This document shows positions 13,400 through 25,779 of a stretch of DNA of 64,000 nt, piece after piece. This stretch comes from Epiperipatus broadwayi. Its lineage: Eukaryota > Animalia > Onychophora. A program made the position numbers and the translations under genes. Location: contig JAQFVV010000008.1 of assembly GCA_028023455.1 (NCBI GenBank), positions 8,494,001 through 8,558,000 of the forward strand. The letters are read 5' to 3'. Within the stretch, counting starts at the first letter, position 1. Every line of letters starts with the position of its first letter. The notes below the pieces were generated by a model. The model did not search any database, had not been told where the DNA came from, and saw only the letters and a program-made list of their open reading frames with translations.

Positions 13400-14200
13400 T
13401 TTTGTTAAGAATATATATATATATTGAATTTTGAGTCCATAAAACAATACTTTTCATCTGATTATTTCATAATTACTGAATCATGATCATGTAAAATAGA
13501 ATAAATGCAGACCTGATAAATGAAGAATGTCTATGGTTATACTTTGTATCAGTTTATAGTCTAGAGTATTCTCTATAATTAATAATCAATGTAGAGGTTA
13601 AACAATAAAAAAAATCAAACACTGCATTGATGTCATCAATAAAAACAGCCTTCACAGTGCATACAATGCAAGAACTAAAAATTGTTAGACCAATTCTCAG
13701 CTGCATTAATACATTTCAGTCATGATAAATTGAATGAAAATGTGCTCAACATAATTCAATTTGCTGATATTATATAATCTTTTGAACAACTAACTATACA
13801 ATTATTATAATTAAATAAGTAAAGCCTTTTTAGTAATGACAGTAAGTAAATCTTCATTTAAATCAGGTTTACCATTCACTTCACTTAAAGCACAAATGTT
13901 CAGATTAAAGTTATTTTGCTATAGAATATTATAGCAAAGTTTAATTTAAACTAAGATGTATAATGCTTAAAAAAAGTTATCAATTTAAAAAAAAAAGATA
14001 ATGACCAGCAATAAGAAAAATGGACAGAACTTGATTATTATAACAATGAAGATTCAGTAACTTGAACATCATAACAATGAAAGAAGCCCTGAAAAGTTTA
14101 AAATACAAACAAATAATGGCATCCTGAAGATGTAGTATCAACCTGATAATACCACACATATATGCTATACTTTAAAAAAATTTTTTTTTTTTTTTTTAAG
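13400..14200 (+). mobile_element. Decayed RTE-like LINE 3' part
   Basis: IQFADI (YADD-like) near 13755 and a FRLKLFCYRIL-like stretch near 13900; boundaries approximate. Confidence 0.45.
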
Positions 14201-16789
14201 AATATACTGTAAATATTTATTATCATAATTAAGCAAGATGTATTTTTTAAACTTGGAATAACTATATAGAATAATAATAAAAAATTAAAATTTTACATTC
14301 TAATAACCTAAATCAAGTTAACAATACTGTCTGTACCAAATCTCAGTCAAGCATCAATATCACTCTAGGCCAAATTCTCTCTTCCTACTTTTATAAAGCA
14401 GGTTCTACTTCCTGATTTTTGATTTGATGAGGTAAATAAGTAGTTAGACTTGCTTTAAGTGATTTGATTAAGAGTCTATACATCTCAAAATGCAAGGTTA
14501 TTATTATTAAGAATTATTTTTGTTAATGTGAATTTGCAAATTAAACATTTTTTAGATATAAGAAAGAAGAAATACTCTTAAAACAATTACTGTATAATTA
14601 AAAACAAAATAAACAATAGCTTTCATATATTGTAAACAATAGCACCTTATAAAAATGCAAATGGAGATCAGAGATCCATTTTAAATACAATTCCCTTTTT
14701 AATGAATTAAGCCTTTGTTGTTGTTTTTTCCACTTTTTTTCCTTTTTTAAAAAACAAATATATATGTACAAATTATTATTTTTTCTTCTCCTTCCTATTA
14801 TTATATTATTTAATTAAAGAAAAACGAAATTGTTTCATTTGTTAAATCTTTAAAAAAAAGTCTTGAATGGCTTTAAAATTCTCTTCCACTCTAAACAATT
14901 TTCATATTCCTGTTGCATTTCTTTCTGGATAAATGATTAGAGTAAAGCATCTGACCATTAATCCATACCATTAAAAACGTACCCATTCCTTAATAAAAGT
15001 AACATTTTTTATTCCTTTTGGAAATTTCTCCTCTTGTTCATGATTTTCTGTTGGGAGAGCTAATCCTAACTCATGGGTAATTACATCAGACCATTAAGGA
15101 AGATAAAAAATAAATTATTTGCCATTTTGTAAAAAATAAAATAAAATCTAGGAGAAAAAAGTGAATAAACTTGTGTTTCAAAAAAAGTGTTAACATTTAA
15201 TTATTCATATATTCTATTCATGTAATTTAATAAAGTTATATTTTTTCAATGATTTTTTTTTTTTGTAAAGTGCTGCTTATTACTATTTGCAAATGAGCAT
15301 TGAATAACACTGACTGTTTTTACAACTTTTTATTAAAAACATTGAATGTAGTATAAGTGACATTTAATTATCACAAAAATTATTAAATATTAAACACAAT
15401 ATTTAATAAGCTTATACAGATTGAAAAATCACCAATTACATGAACGAATGTTATTAGAAATGATGCATGATGATAGTTAATATATTTTGAAAAAGTAAAT
15501 ATGGGAGCTGTTTTTGTGAGGTGGTACCTACATTAAATAAAAACGGAAACATCCTTTCTATTAGAAAATCATCGATATTCAATTCATTATTCATTAATTG
15601 CCTAAAACATTAAATATGTAAATAATTGATGCATACAAGAGTCAGATGGATCTAAAAATACTTTTAACTTTAATCATTTCGTTACTTTGAATATATAATA
15701 TTTATAAATCTTTAGTACTATTTCATATACAGTTTATTGGTTGAATCCATAAATTAAATCACACTCAATCATGCATGCACAAATCTTTATAGTGTTGAAC
15801 TATAATAATGCATTATTCTTATTATGGTACTTTATATTACTCTAATTCATCTTCAATAATTTTTCACTATAATGCTCTCTTCAGTATATTGTACTACTCA
15901 CACACTGCTGTTTTGCAAACACCATATTACTTGCATTACACACTGAACTTGTCTCTCATGTTTCTAGATAGTATATTTTTTATGTGATCTAATTTGCATA
16001 AATAGCGTCATTATTACCTTCTTGAAATGAACATATCTATGATGTTTTTATATTTGCATAATTTTAATATTGTGCGTATTATCTTTTATATTGACTAATT
16101 TTACATGCACATACTCATGCAACTTTTTTTCTTTATACATTAGTGTTATACAGTTTTTAATGTCAAATATAGCAATTCCTCTCTACTCTAGAAATTAAGT
16201 TGTTACATATGTAATCTTCTAGTCTGACAGGTTTTCTACACACTGTAGCTTTTCTAAAAAAGTCTGTTTTCCTCTTTTTCTCACTGTGATTCACAATTTA
16301 AATCTACCTATTTGCATAGATAGTATCTTAGTTGGAATTCCCAATATCACCCCCCCCACATCCAACCCAGTATGTCTTTATCCACCCAGTTTGTCCTACT
16401 TTAAATTTGACATTTTCTAATTTTATTTCCTTCTCTCTAGTTTTGTCTGATAAACATGTGACCTACAACGTTTCATCAATAGTTCTGTTTTTTTTTTTTT
16501 TTTAGTTATTTAACTTGGTGTGAAGTGCTGATAAAACATTGCTGTAGACAGCCACTTCATTAATATCTACGTATTCCATTTTATTCAATGCATACTTTAG
16601 TTGTTGAATGGCTTTTTCCGCTAACCCATTTGATTTCGGATGGTACATCAGTGTTAATCAATGCTGTATCCCCTTCTTAGCAAGAAAATCCTTCAATTGT
16701 ACTGACAATATCCAGCATCTTGTCTATAATTATTAATTCATTACACTCATGAGGAATTTGTAAATGAGTTTAATTGTTGTGATCTTTCT

Positions 16790-17950
16790 ATAAGATATGT
16801 GTTACAAGAAGAGGGGTTAGAATTTGTTAAGTTAAAATTTTTAGATCTTTTGGTGATTAGAAATGTAAAGACTAATTGTTTAGTTTGTAGTTATTTTGTT
16901 AAAAGTAAAGAATTAAGGTCTATAATTAAACCTGATAGCTATCAGTCTGTATCTCATAAAGTAGCTGCTTTAAGAAATTATTGTTATAGGAATAAGAAAT
17001 TAAAAAATTCTAGTAGGGTAGCTTTGTTTCAGAAAGGTCAATTTCATAAAGATTATTTAAGTATTGGCTACTCTGATAAATTTGTTAAAAGTATCTTATT
17101 TATAGTAATATTTGTAAGAATGTAAAGGTTAAAGAAAAATATGATTTTATTTCTTTGTCATTTAAATTGTCTTCTTATAAAATTGTATGTAAGAATGGTA
17201 ATTTGTTTGGAAATAAGAAAATTGCTTGGAAAAGAGGAGAATTACTTTGAATAATTTATTAAATAATATAAATAATATTTACTGAGGCTATAACCTTGAG
17301 AATATGCGTGTAAAATGCAATAGTAGGGACCTCTACAGCCTCAGCAAATATTACTTACGTAATTAATGTGCGTTTAATAAATTTATAAATAATATAAGGA
17401 AATTTTTGATAGGAGGATTATTCCTAGTGTAGTGTATTTTATCCCTTGTTTTTGTAAGAACATTTACATAGGTCAGAGTAATTTGAGTTTAAATGAAAGA
17501 ATAAAGGTTCATAAAAGTAAGGTTAAAAATAAATATCTTAGTTCTGCTTTGTATGTCCATGAAAAAGATACAGGCCACACTATTAATTTTGATGAATCTA
17601 AGGTGGTCTTCTTTGAGAGAAATGAAATAAAAAGAATTAATCTTTATTAATGAAAATTTATTATTCTGAAGCAATTAACTTATTTAAAAGTTCTTTTAAT
17701 AAAAAGGGTGGGTGGGAAATAAATGGATTTGTGGGTAATGTTTAATATATATATGGTGTTGTTTTTGTAGTTCTTTACATTTGAGAAGTCTGCTTGTAGC
17801 AGTGAAATCTTTGGTTGTGTTTTTGATTTTGTTTTTCTTGGCTAGGATTTTGGGTAATTTTAATTATTTTTGTCCGTTCTGTATTTCATCAATTTGGGCT
17901 TTGAATCGATTAAGTATAATAAATATATGTATATTGAATGCCTTGCATAG
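16790..17950 (+). mobile_element. Penelope-like retroelement, 5'-truncated (RT thumb, GIY-YIG endonuclease, 3' pLTR)
   Basis: 16799-17125 resembles the PLE RT C-terminus (HKVAALRNYCYR). 17432-17650 YFIPCFCKNIYIGQS...ERIKVH...SALYVHEKDTGH is a PLE GIY-YIG domain with CCHH residues. Confidence 0.9.
17777..17820 (+). ncRNA. Minimal type-I hammerhead, U3:A8 variant, in PLE pLTR
   Basis: ACAT TTGAGAA GT-CTGCT-TGT-AGCAG-T GAA ATC-TTT-GGT T GTGT: stems I, II and III are all formable. Confidence 0.6.
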
Positions 17951-20900
17951 TCTAGATAAACTCTTTGCTATGGTTTCATAGCTTCAGGCCATAGTTTTAA
18001 CTTATTTTAACTCTTTCATATATAATCTCATTGTTTCTTGACAGCCTTGACATGTCTTTACAGTTTTCTCAATATCATTATTCATGTCTGACCATCAGAT
18101 ATACAAATGAGCTACTTCTTTAATAAAAACTATTTCAGGATGTCCTTCATGTAACAACTAAAACACGAGTTTCCTCCCTCAGTTGGAATTAAAACTCAGT
18201 CAGTCATAGGAATACATTCTTTACACATAGATAAACTTTTCTGAGCATTCTAGATTTTGGCACTATGTAGTTTGGTCATACTTTTGGCCAGACTTGTTGA
18301 TCCAATTTTTGTTAATTGATATTCCACATCATTTTTTGTCCATTCTGTTATAACATTATTATTTACAACTTTAGATTTCATGATATTTATATGGTTGACT
18401 TGTGTGTACTCTTACCTAGAGTTCTAGAGTGTCTGCATGCTTTATATGCTTTCCAGACATATATAATATTCCAGAATCATATGAAGTTAATTTACTAAAC
18501 CATCACAGCATCCATTGGTTAGCATGGTCTGAAATATTTTTATTCTTTTCAAATATACCCAAAAGAGATCTGTAGTCGAATGCCCTTAAATATATTAGTA
18601 GAATATTTTTATTGCAAATATTATTGCAAAGAGCCTCTTTATCTAATTGGTTGTAATTTTTCTCAGTCACTGACTATTCTGAAAGCCTATGCAATAGGGT
18701 GCTTGCCTCCATATGCATTGTGAAAAATTACAGCATCTGCTATTCACTATAATGTAATAACAGATGGCCAAATGCCAGCAAATATTTCATTTTTTCTAAA
18801 GACCCCATCCCATTGAATTCCTCACTTGGGTACCTATACAGGATTTTCTTTTCATTAAGCTTTCAAAAAATTTAATAAGCCTAAAAAAGCTTGCAGCTCT
18901 CTATCATTTGTTGGTTTTGGGGCATTCTTAACTTGCAGTGAAATTTTCTGGGTTAGGGCATTTAACCCTATCTGTTATAATATGCACCAGAAATTTAATT
19001 TCTTTTGTTCACCAGATACATTTTAAGGCATTAAGCTTAGATTCAAATTTATTTAACTTTTTGCATACAGCAATTTACATGTTTTTTCAACTCATTTTCA
19101 GTTTTAGTAACTATTATAATACTGTCCAAATATGGTATAGTTCCATTTGTTCCTCTTAAGAGATTTTCCATTTCAGCTTGGAAAATATTAGGAACTATTG
19201 TAATTCCATATGGTAACTTAGTGACATTACTCAGATCCATAATGTATGTTTATTTTTAAGTAAATTGGCTTTAATAACAGTAATCAGAATTATTCTAAAT
19301 AAATTGGCTGTACTAGCAGTAATCAGAATTTGGTAAAATGCTGACTGCAAATCCAATTTGGCAAACGATGAAGCTTTTTGTAGAGAAGCTAATACATCTC
19401 TTTCACAGCTCCTTTGTTGATCTTTTTATTTACCTTTATTTGATGGTCACCATTCTTATATTACCGTCCAGTTTTAACACAGCAACTATGGGTATTGCTC
19501 TAGCAAAGTTTTCCGTTAGTGTAATAGGGTCTTAATTTACTAGATGATTTAGCGCTTCCTTAACTTTAGGTTTAAGAGTAAATGGAACCTTTTTATGTCT
19601 ACAGATGACTTGTGTATTATCTATTAGTTCTATCTCTACTGGTTTTATCTTTAGCTCTGTTGGACTGGATTTAAAGAGCTGAGAGAATTTTTTATTTCCA
19701 CTTTTACTCTTTTAATAATATTAATCTTAAATTTCCAAAGGCTTTCTTGAGTCACCTATGTCTCAATATAGGGCTGAGAACTTAGCTACAACATATAAAG
19801 ATAAATTTTTTATATGTCTGTTTACTTTTACCAATATTATCAATATTCCTTTTATATCAATAGAATTCCCATCTACATCTGTAGCAACAAAGTTCATCAT
19901 TTTGATTGCCTGCTATCAATTTCCATTTTGATAATTTGGCTGCAAATTTTGTCATCTAATATATTACACAAATTCTCACTTCCCATTATTTTTTTTGACA
20001 TTTGCTGAATTCTTAAACTCTCTCCCTCTTGATTTACCATTGGCAAGTAAATCTCAATCATTTTCTGTTTGTTCTTACAAACTTTTGGCAATGACCCTTT
20101 AGTCCACAATTAGTACACTTCTCTTTTCAAATTTCCCATTTGTGTTCTTTTTCCACAGCAGTCACAAATGTAACATCTTCTTTGGAATTATTATTTGTCA
20201 TTTGTGTCATCTTATTAACAGATGTGGTTGCCTTAATTATATCTGCTATATTTTAAATTCTATTGCATGTTCTAGAATAGTTTCATATGTTATTCCTCTT
20301 TCAAGGGCATCTGGCCTAATATCATCTCTTTTAGTGACTGCATTCTATTTTGGAAGCAAAGTCATGCTATATATTTCAAAGTGTAAATAAAATTTGAATT
20401 TTCTAAAATCATTTAGCAATTCAACAATAATGAAAACAATCCAATATATAACTGAAATTATGCATTTTAGTATCATATAATTTTTTAAAATTAAAATTTA
20501 AGGTACAATTTCAGTTCACTTTCTGTAAAATTTATTTAAAAATTAAATATAACCAAGATCCATATTTCTGATTTAGATAACTATAATTTATCTTAACAAT
20601 GATTTTCCTCAATCTAGAGTTTAAATTTTTTTTTCAATGGCTGAAGAATAAATATGCAAAATTGGATTACTTAAACCAAATCCATTTTAATAAAATAAAG
20701 ATTCATTAAATTTTATAATGTATTTATAAAATTATGATGCTATAAAAAATAATTTAAGATTACCAGTAATGTCAAAATTCCACCATAATGTTTAAATGTT
20801 ATTGTTTAATCTTAGAACTCTATTGCCCTATAATAGAAAATATAAACAACATATATATATATATATCTTAATAATTACATAATTCCTTTTTTAAATATGT

Positions 20901-21849
20901 TCCTACTTCAAAAGCGGCTGTTTTTCTAATTCGAATGCTATGATATGGAAGCAAGTATCTTCAGACAATTTCGTACAGTAGAATAAATCCACAATTTACA
21001 CTTTTTCAATTATTATTATTATTTTTTGACGATTTTCAAAAAATCCTATCAACCAGATTGTTTTCTTCCAACTATGAAACACAAAAATGGAACAGTTTTT
21101 ATTTGGGTAGCTATATCATGGTACTATTTTTGTGCTTAATCATTGTTTCACAATGATGAATCACAGAGCAAATTATTTGAGCAATATCAATATCAGATTT
21201 ATTTTATGTGCAAACATTTTTTTCCAGACACCATTGTCACTTTTAAATAATAATGTTTGAATTCATACAGATCAGCAAGAAACAATTTAAAAATACTAAG
21301 TCTGTGTTTGATTAATAAAAAATAAATATCATTGGTACATCCTGATACTGAGTATTTATATTGATGATAATGAAAGCAGCATGTTTGTCTTCTATGCACA
21401 TAAAGTGTTCAGGAAAATTTATTAAGACACATATACATATGAACATTTTAAAATGAATTTTCCCTGTTATAATTTTATTCTGAATTTGAAATGTTGTTTT
21501 TTATAATGTGATTATCATTATAAAAAGATATTTAAGTGAACTATGAAGTTATGCCTATTATTAAATATTTGTATGGAAAATACTAATGATTAGAAACATT
21601 TTTTTTTTTTTAAATTCAAAGTCAATGCAATTGATTTGTTTAGCCTTCTCTAATGTATCAAGATAGAATTTGTCATTATAGATGTCAATTGAATGTATAA
21701 AAAAAGAATAAAGTTTTAATATAAGACAGCCATATTAAATTATTATTAGGTGATATCAATATGACTCTTGATAATCATACAAATAGAATTTTTTATAACT
21801 TATTATTTGAGTTTTTAATATGCTTAAAACATATTTCTTATTATGAAGA

Positions 21850-23300
21850 CATACACCATTCTCTTTTTTACTGATCACCATCATTTTTATTCATCAATCT
21901 TTCAAATATCATGCACTTTTATAAATAATTAGATCAAACCATGATTTGACTAAACTAGGACAATTTCAACAAGGTCATTTATACTTCAAGCAAGAGTTCA
22001 GATCTAATCTAATCAAATATCCACTCATTCTTTTGAAATTCTCAAAGATCTTTGCAAGCACTTTAGTTCAAAGGCATTAACACCTTTTCCTAATTTTCTT
22101 TTTCAATATTCAACTTTCACATCTTATTTTTGTTTACAAAGATATGTTCACTTTTTAAGGTTTTCATTTAACTCTTCGAATATTAGTACATAACAAATCT
22201 TTTGTTATTGAATCATTTATTTTTGATAAACGATCCAAAATGACAAGCTGAAAGTTATTATCAATTATAAAACCCTTCTTACTTAGCTATAATCCATTTT
22301 TATATTCCATTTTTTAAATTTTTATGTGATCTGCTGTAGTTTCAGCAATAAATATGTTGTCATCACTTCAAAAAATGTTGATATTTTTCTCATGTAATAT
22401 TGGTATAAAAATTGAATTAGCAGGATGAAAATATGCAATTCTTCCCAACTTGTTAACAAGAAAGCAATCTGTTTAACAAAGGCTGATTTTATCTGTAACT
22501 TCTTGTCTATAAATTTCTCATAATGAATAATGAAATACTTTTCTACATTCATTTTTCTAAGAATATTCCATAATTTAGCATGACCAAGTAAATCAAAGAT
22601 TTATTTGAATTAATATATAGATACTTCTTTATAGTATTTAATGATTTTTTCTATTATCCAAGGTAGATAAAAAATACGTCCCTAGTTTTTTAACCTTTTT
22701 ATGAAATCAGTTTATATATTTGGAGGCTTTCTTTAAATGTCAAGTTTTAATCTGAGCTATATAAATTTCAGAATTTTTTTGTACATAAAGTTTTCACATT
22801 GTATCAATATTCTTTTCTTTGAAATAGAAGAAAAGAAATTGACTTCTTCCAATCGCTAGAGCACCAACAGTTTATCCACATTAGTTGGCATAATTTGGTT
22901 AGTACTTTTATTAATTCTACTATTTTGTTCAAATTTCTGATGCAATTCTAATGGCCTTACTTTTTGGCAATGATTTCAAGGCTAAATAAAAATATCTTGA
23001 AAAATAACTAATGAATTGTACTAATGTTTTCCATATAATTAATTTGATTTTCTTTATTTGGTTAATTTATGAATAAATACAATGCTCTGTAATAAGATGA
23101 GTTATTTGTAATTTATTTGTAATCATTTGTAAAATGTCAATGGTATTATTAATTTAATGAGGTTATTTAATTTTTTTTTAGTGATATGCCAGGAGATGAC
23201 TTACTTTATTTTTTAAAGCTGTTTTTAATAGAATAATTTTTAAAAAAAGGTCTACTAAATCAAAGAATTTTCTCCAATTATTGATAATACTTAAGAAAAT
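21850..23300 (-). mobile_element. Decayed RTE-like LINE RT
   Basis: IIEKIIKYYKEV...HAKLWNIL near 22560-22660, similar to 3698-3940; boundaries approximate. Confidence 0.6.
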
Positions 23301-23354
23301 GTAGGAATGCTGTTTTATGGTATTAATATTTTCATTAGATTTACTTGAATATAT

Positions 23355-24228
23355 ATGTTATATAATGAGCACGCTAATATCTCTTAACAAGCTTTTTTGA
23401 ATATCTCTATCCTGAGCAGTTTCTAGTTCTGACTATCCTCCGTGAGGTGCTAGGACATTCAGGTATTAAATTTAAAAATACCAGGTCAAGACCCAGCATT
23501 CATCTAATAGTTACATATTAAGTAGAAAATCTGAAATTTTCAGATATCCATATGTCTTCAAATCCAGCTATCTAACTTAAATAGTCATAAGGGATTGAAC
23601 TAAGTTCAGATACACCATATATTAATAGCTTTAGCAATATAAAATCACCAAAGCCTCAAGAGCAACACAATAATTGCTAGGAAATCAAGTCATATATCAC
23701 GTGATTTAATTTAATAAGCTTGTACTATAAATGTTATATAATGAGCAGGCTAATAGCTCTTAACGAGCTTTTCTGAATATCTCTATCATCAGACCAGTTT
23801 CTAATTCTGGTTGTCTTAGTGAGGCGCTACGACATTCAGGTTAGTGTTTTTCTCTTGAGGGTTTGGTGCCTTTATATTGCTAAAGCTATTAATATATGGT
23901 GCATCAGAACTTAGTTCAGTCCCATATGGCTATTTAAGTTAGATAGCTGGATTTGAAGACATATGGATATCTGAAAATTTTCAGATTTTCTACTTAATAG
24001 GTAACTATTAGAAAAATTCTGGAGCTTGACCTGGTATTTTTAAATCTAATACTGAATGTCCTAGCACCTCAGTGAAGACAGTCAGAGTTAGAAACTGGTC
24101 TGAGGATAGGGATATTTAGAAAAGCTTGTTAAGAGCTATTTATTAGCATGCTCATTATATAATATTTGTAGTACAAGCTTATTAAATTAAATCATGTGAT
24201 ATATGACTTGATTTCTTTGCAATTATTG
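23355..24228. mobile_element. Hammerhead-bearing non-autonomous element, family A: 376-bp monomer, ~1.3 direct copies plus one inverted full monomer
   Basis: atgttatataatgagc recurs at 23355 and 23731. 23841-24228 is the reverse complement of one circularly permuted monomer. Three hammerhead copies (23411-23447 minus, 23787-23824 minus, 24067-24105 plus). Confidence 0.85.
24067..24105 (+). ncRNA. Minimal type-I hammerhead (C3 mutated to G in this copy)
   Basis: CCTCA GTGAAGA CAGTCAGAGTTA GAAAC TG GTC TGAGG, with a perfect stem I CCTCA/TGAGG. Confidence 0.7.
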
Positions 24229-25779
24229 AATATACATATATAACAACAAATAAGACTTAGATTATCAATTGGATTTTAAGAGAAAAAACAAAAATTTGCC
24301 ATACTATTGTTGGTAACAGGTTGAAAAACCAATATTTATAAAAGTGAATATTTAGAGTGATTACTGTTTTACTTTTACATTTCAATGACCTTGATAACTT
24401 AATTACCAATTTCAGATTCTGCAACAATATTAACAGTTATATAAGACCACAAAATCTTGAAGTTAGCCTTAGCTATAATATGTGTGAATTTTGGTAATTA
24501 ATTTATTTTAAATATTATATTAATATAAAATCCAGAAAAATAAAATCTTTCAAATTTCAAGTTTGAAGTTAAAGGTTGCAACATAGGATATTGTTTATCT
24601 TAAAAAATGTGTATTTTTGTTTTTCAAGTGAAAGATTAAACTTAAACAGTTTGAATAATTAAAAATTCTTTGTTTGTTTATTTATATTTTAATTATAGTT
24701 ATATTTACATTAATTGATTACATTCGATGAAATATTTGAAGATTGGTTTATGTAATTCTTAGTTTTAATTTTCTTTAAATAAAGTTTTTAATTAAAAAAC
24801 AGTAGCACATGCTTGGAATATGTTTTAAATAATTGTTCTGAATGATATTTTAAAATAACCTGAACCTAGTTTAATTACAGAGATGAATGGTTTAAATAAT
24901 AAAATCCCAGAATTTTAGACAGACTAGAAAAATATTTGATGGAAAATTATTATAAATTAGAAGAAAAAAAATATAAATTTACAAAAATATAATGAAAAAA
25001 ATCTGCCCTGAAATAAATATTAATTTAACGAATTGCAATTGTATAAAAAGTATATATTACTTTTAAAAAAAAGAAAAGATAAAATGTATTTAAAAAATTA
25101 TCCTGAAATTATATATTTTTATATTAACAATTTAAATATTTGTCTAATGATTCTCACTTTCAGCTATAAATATTGCATGAACAATAAATATATTATCAAT
25201 CACAAACTATTGTACTGATTTTTATGAATCATTATAAGTAGATTTCTATATTCATTCAACATTTTATCCTAAACTTAGAACATATTCCACTTAATGCCTG
25301 AAAAGGACTATGACAGAATTAATAAATATAATATTAAGATTATAAATGAATATGATATTAAAAATATATGGAAAGACATTTTTAAAACCTTTTTCTCAAA
25401 ATAAATATTTAAGATAAATCTTACTTTTTTAACAGCAGAAAAGTTTTCTATTATTGAGTCTTAAAAAAACTGAACAGAGCAAATTTTCTAATGTCCACTG
25501 CATATGTTTTTTGTTATTACAGCTTTCATTATCATATTAAAAACAAACATGAAAACAAAATATCCAGAATGGCCCTTTTCTCAGACATATGATAGTTCTT
25601 AATCAAAATATGGTTGGGTTTTTATTCAGAGGATATATGCACGTGAAAATTTTCCTTTTCCTTTTTATATTTACATTTTTGATTGAAATAAATTAAGATC
25701 TTCATATTCTGCAGGTTGTAAAATAATAAGTTAATGTATGTTTGGTAAATAAAGGCAGACATTATTAAAACTGTTAGAT

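Larger units (their letters stand above)
16150..20390 (-). mobile_element. Degenerate Gypsy-type gag-pol, interrupted by a Penelope-like element
   Basis: Knuckle CTNCGLKGHC (~20100); protease-like MEIDS; RT LPYGI...FQAEMENLL...YLDS (19049-19240); RNase H NYNQLDKEAL (~18630); IN LLHEGHPEIV (~18140); IN core KDFLAKKGIQH...YHPKSNGLAEKAIQ (16600-16700). Confidence 0.9.

Noticed and set aside
20925-20980. Hammerhead-like words CGAAATTGTC / CTGAAGA on the minus strand
   Set aside because: The two core halves overlap in the wrong order with no room for stem I.
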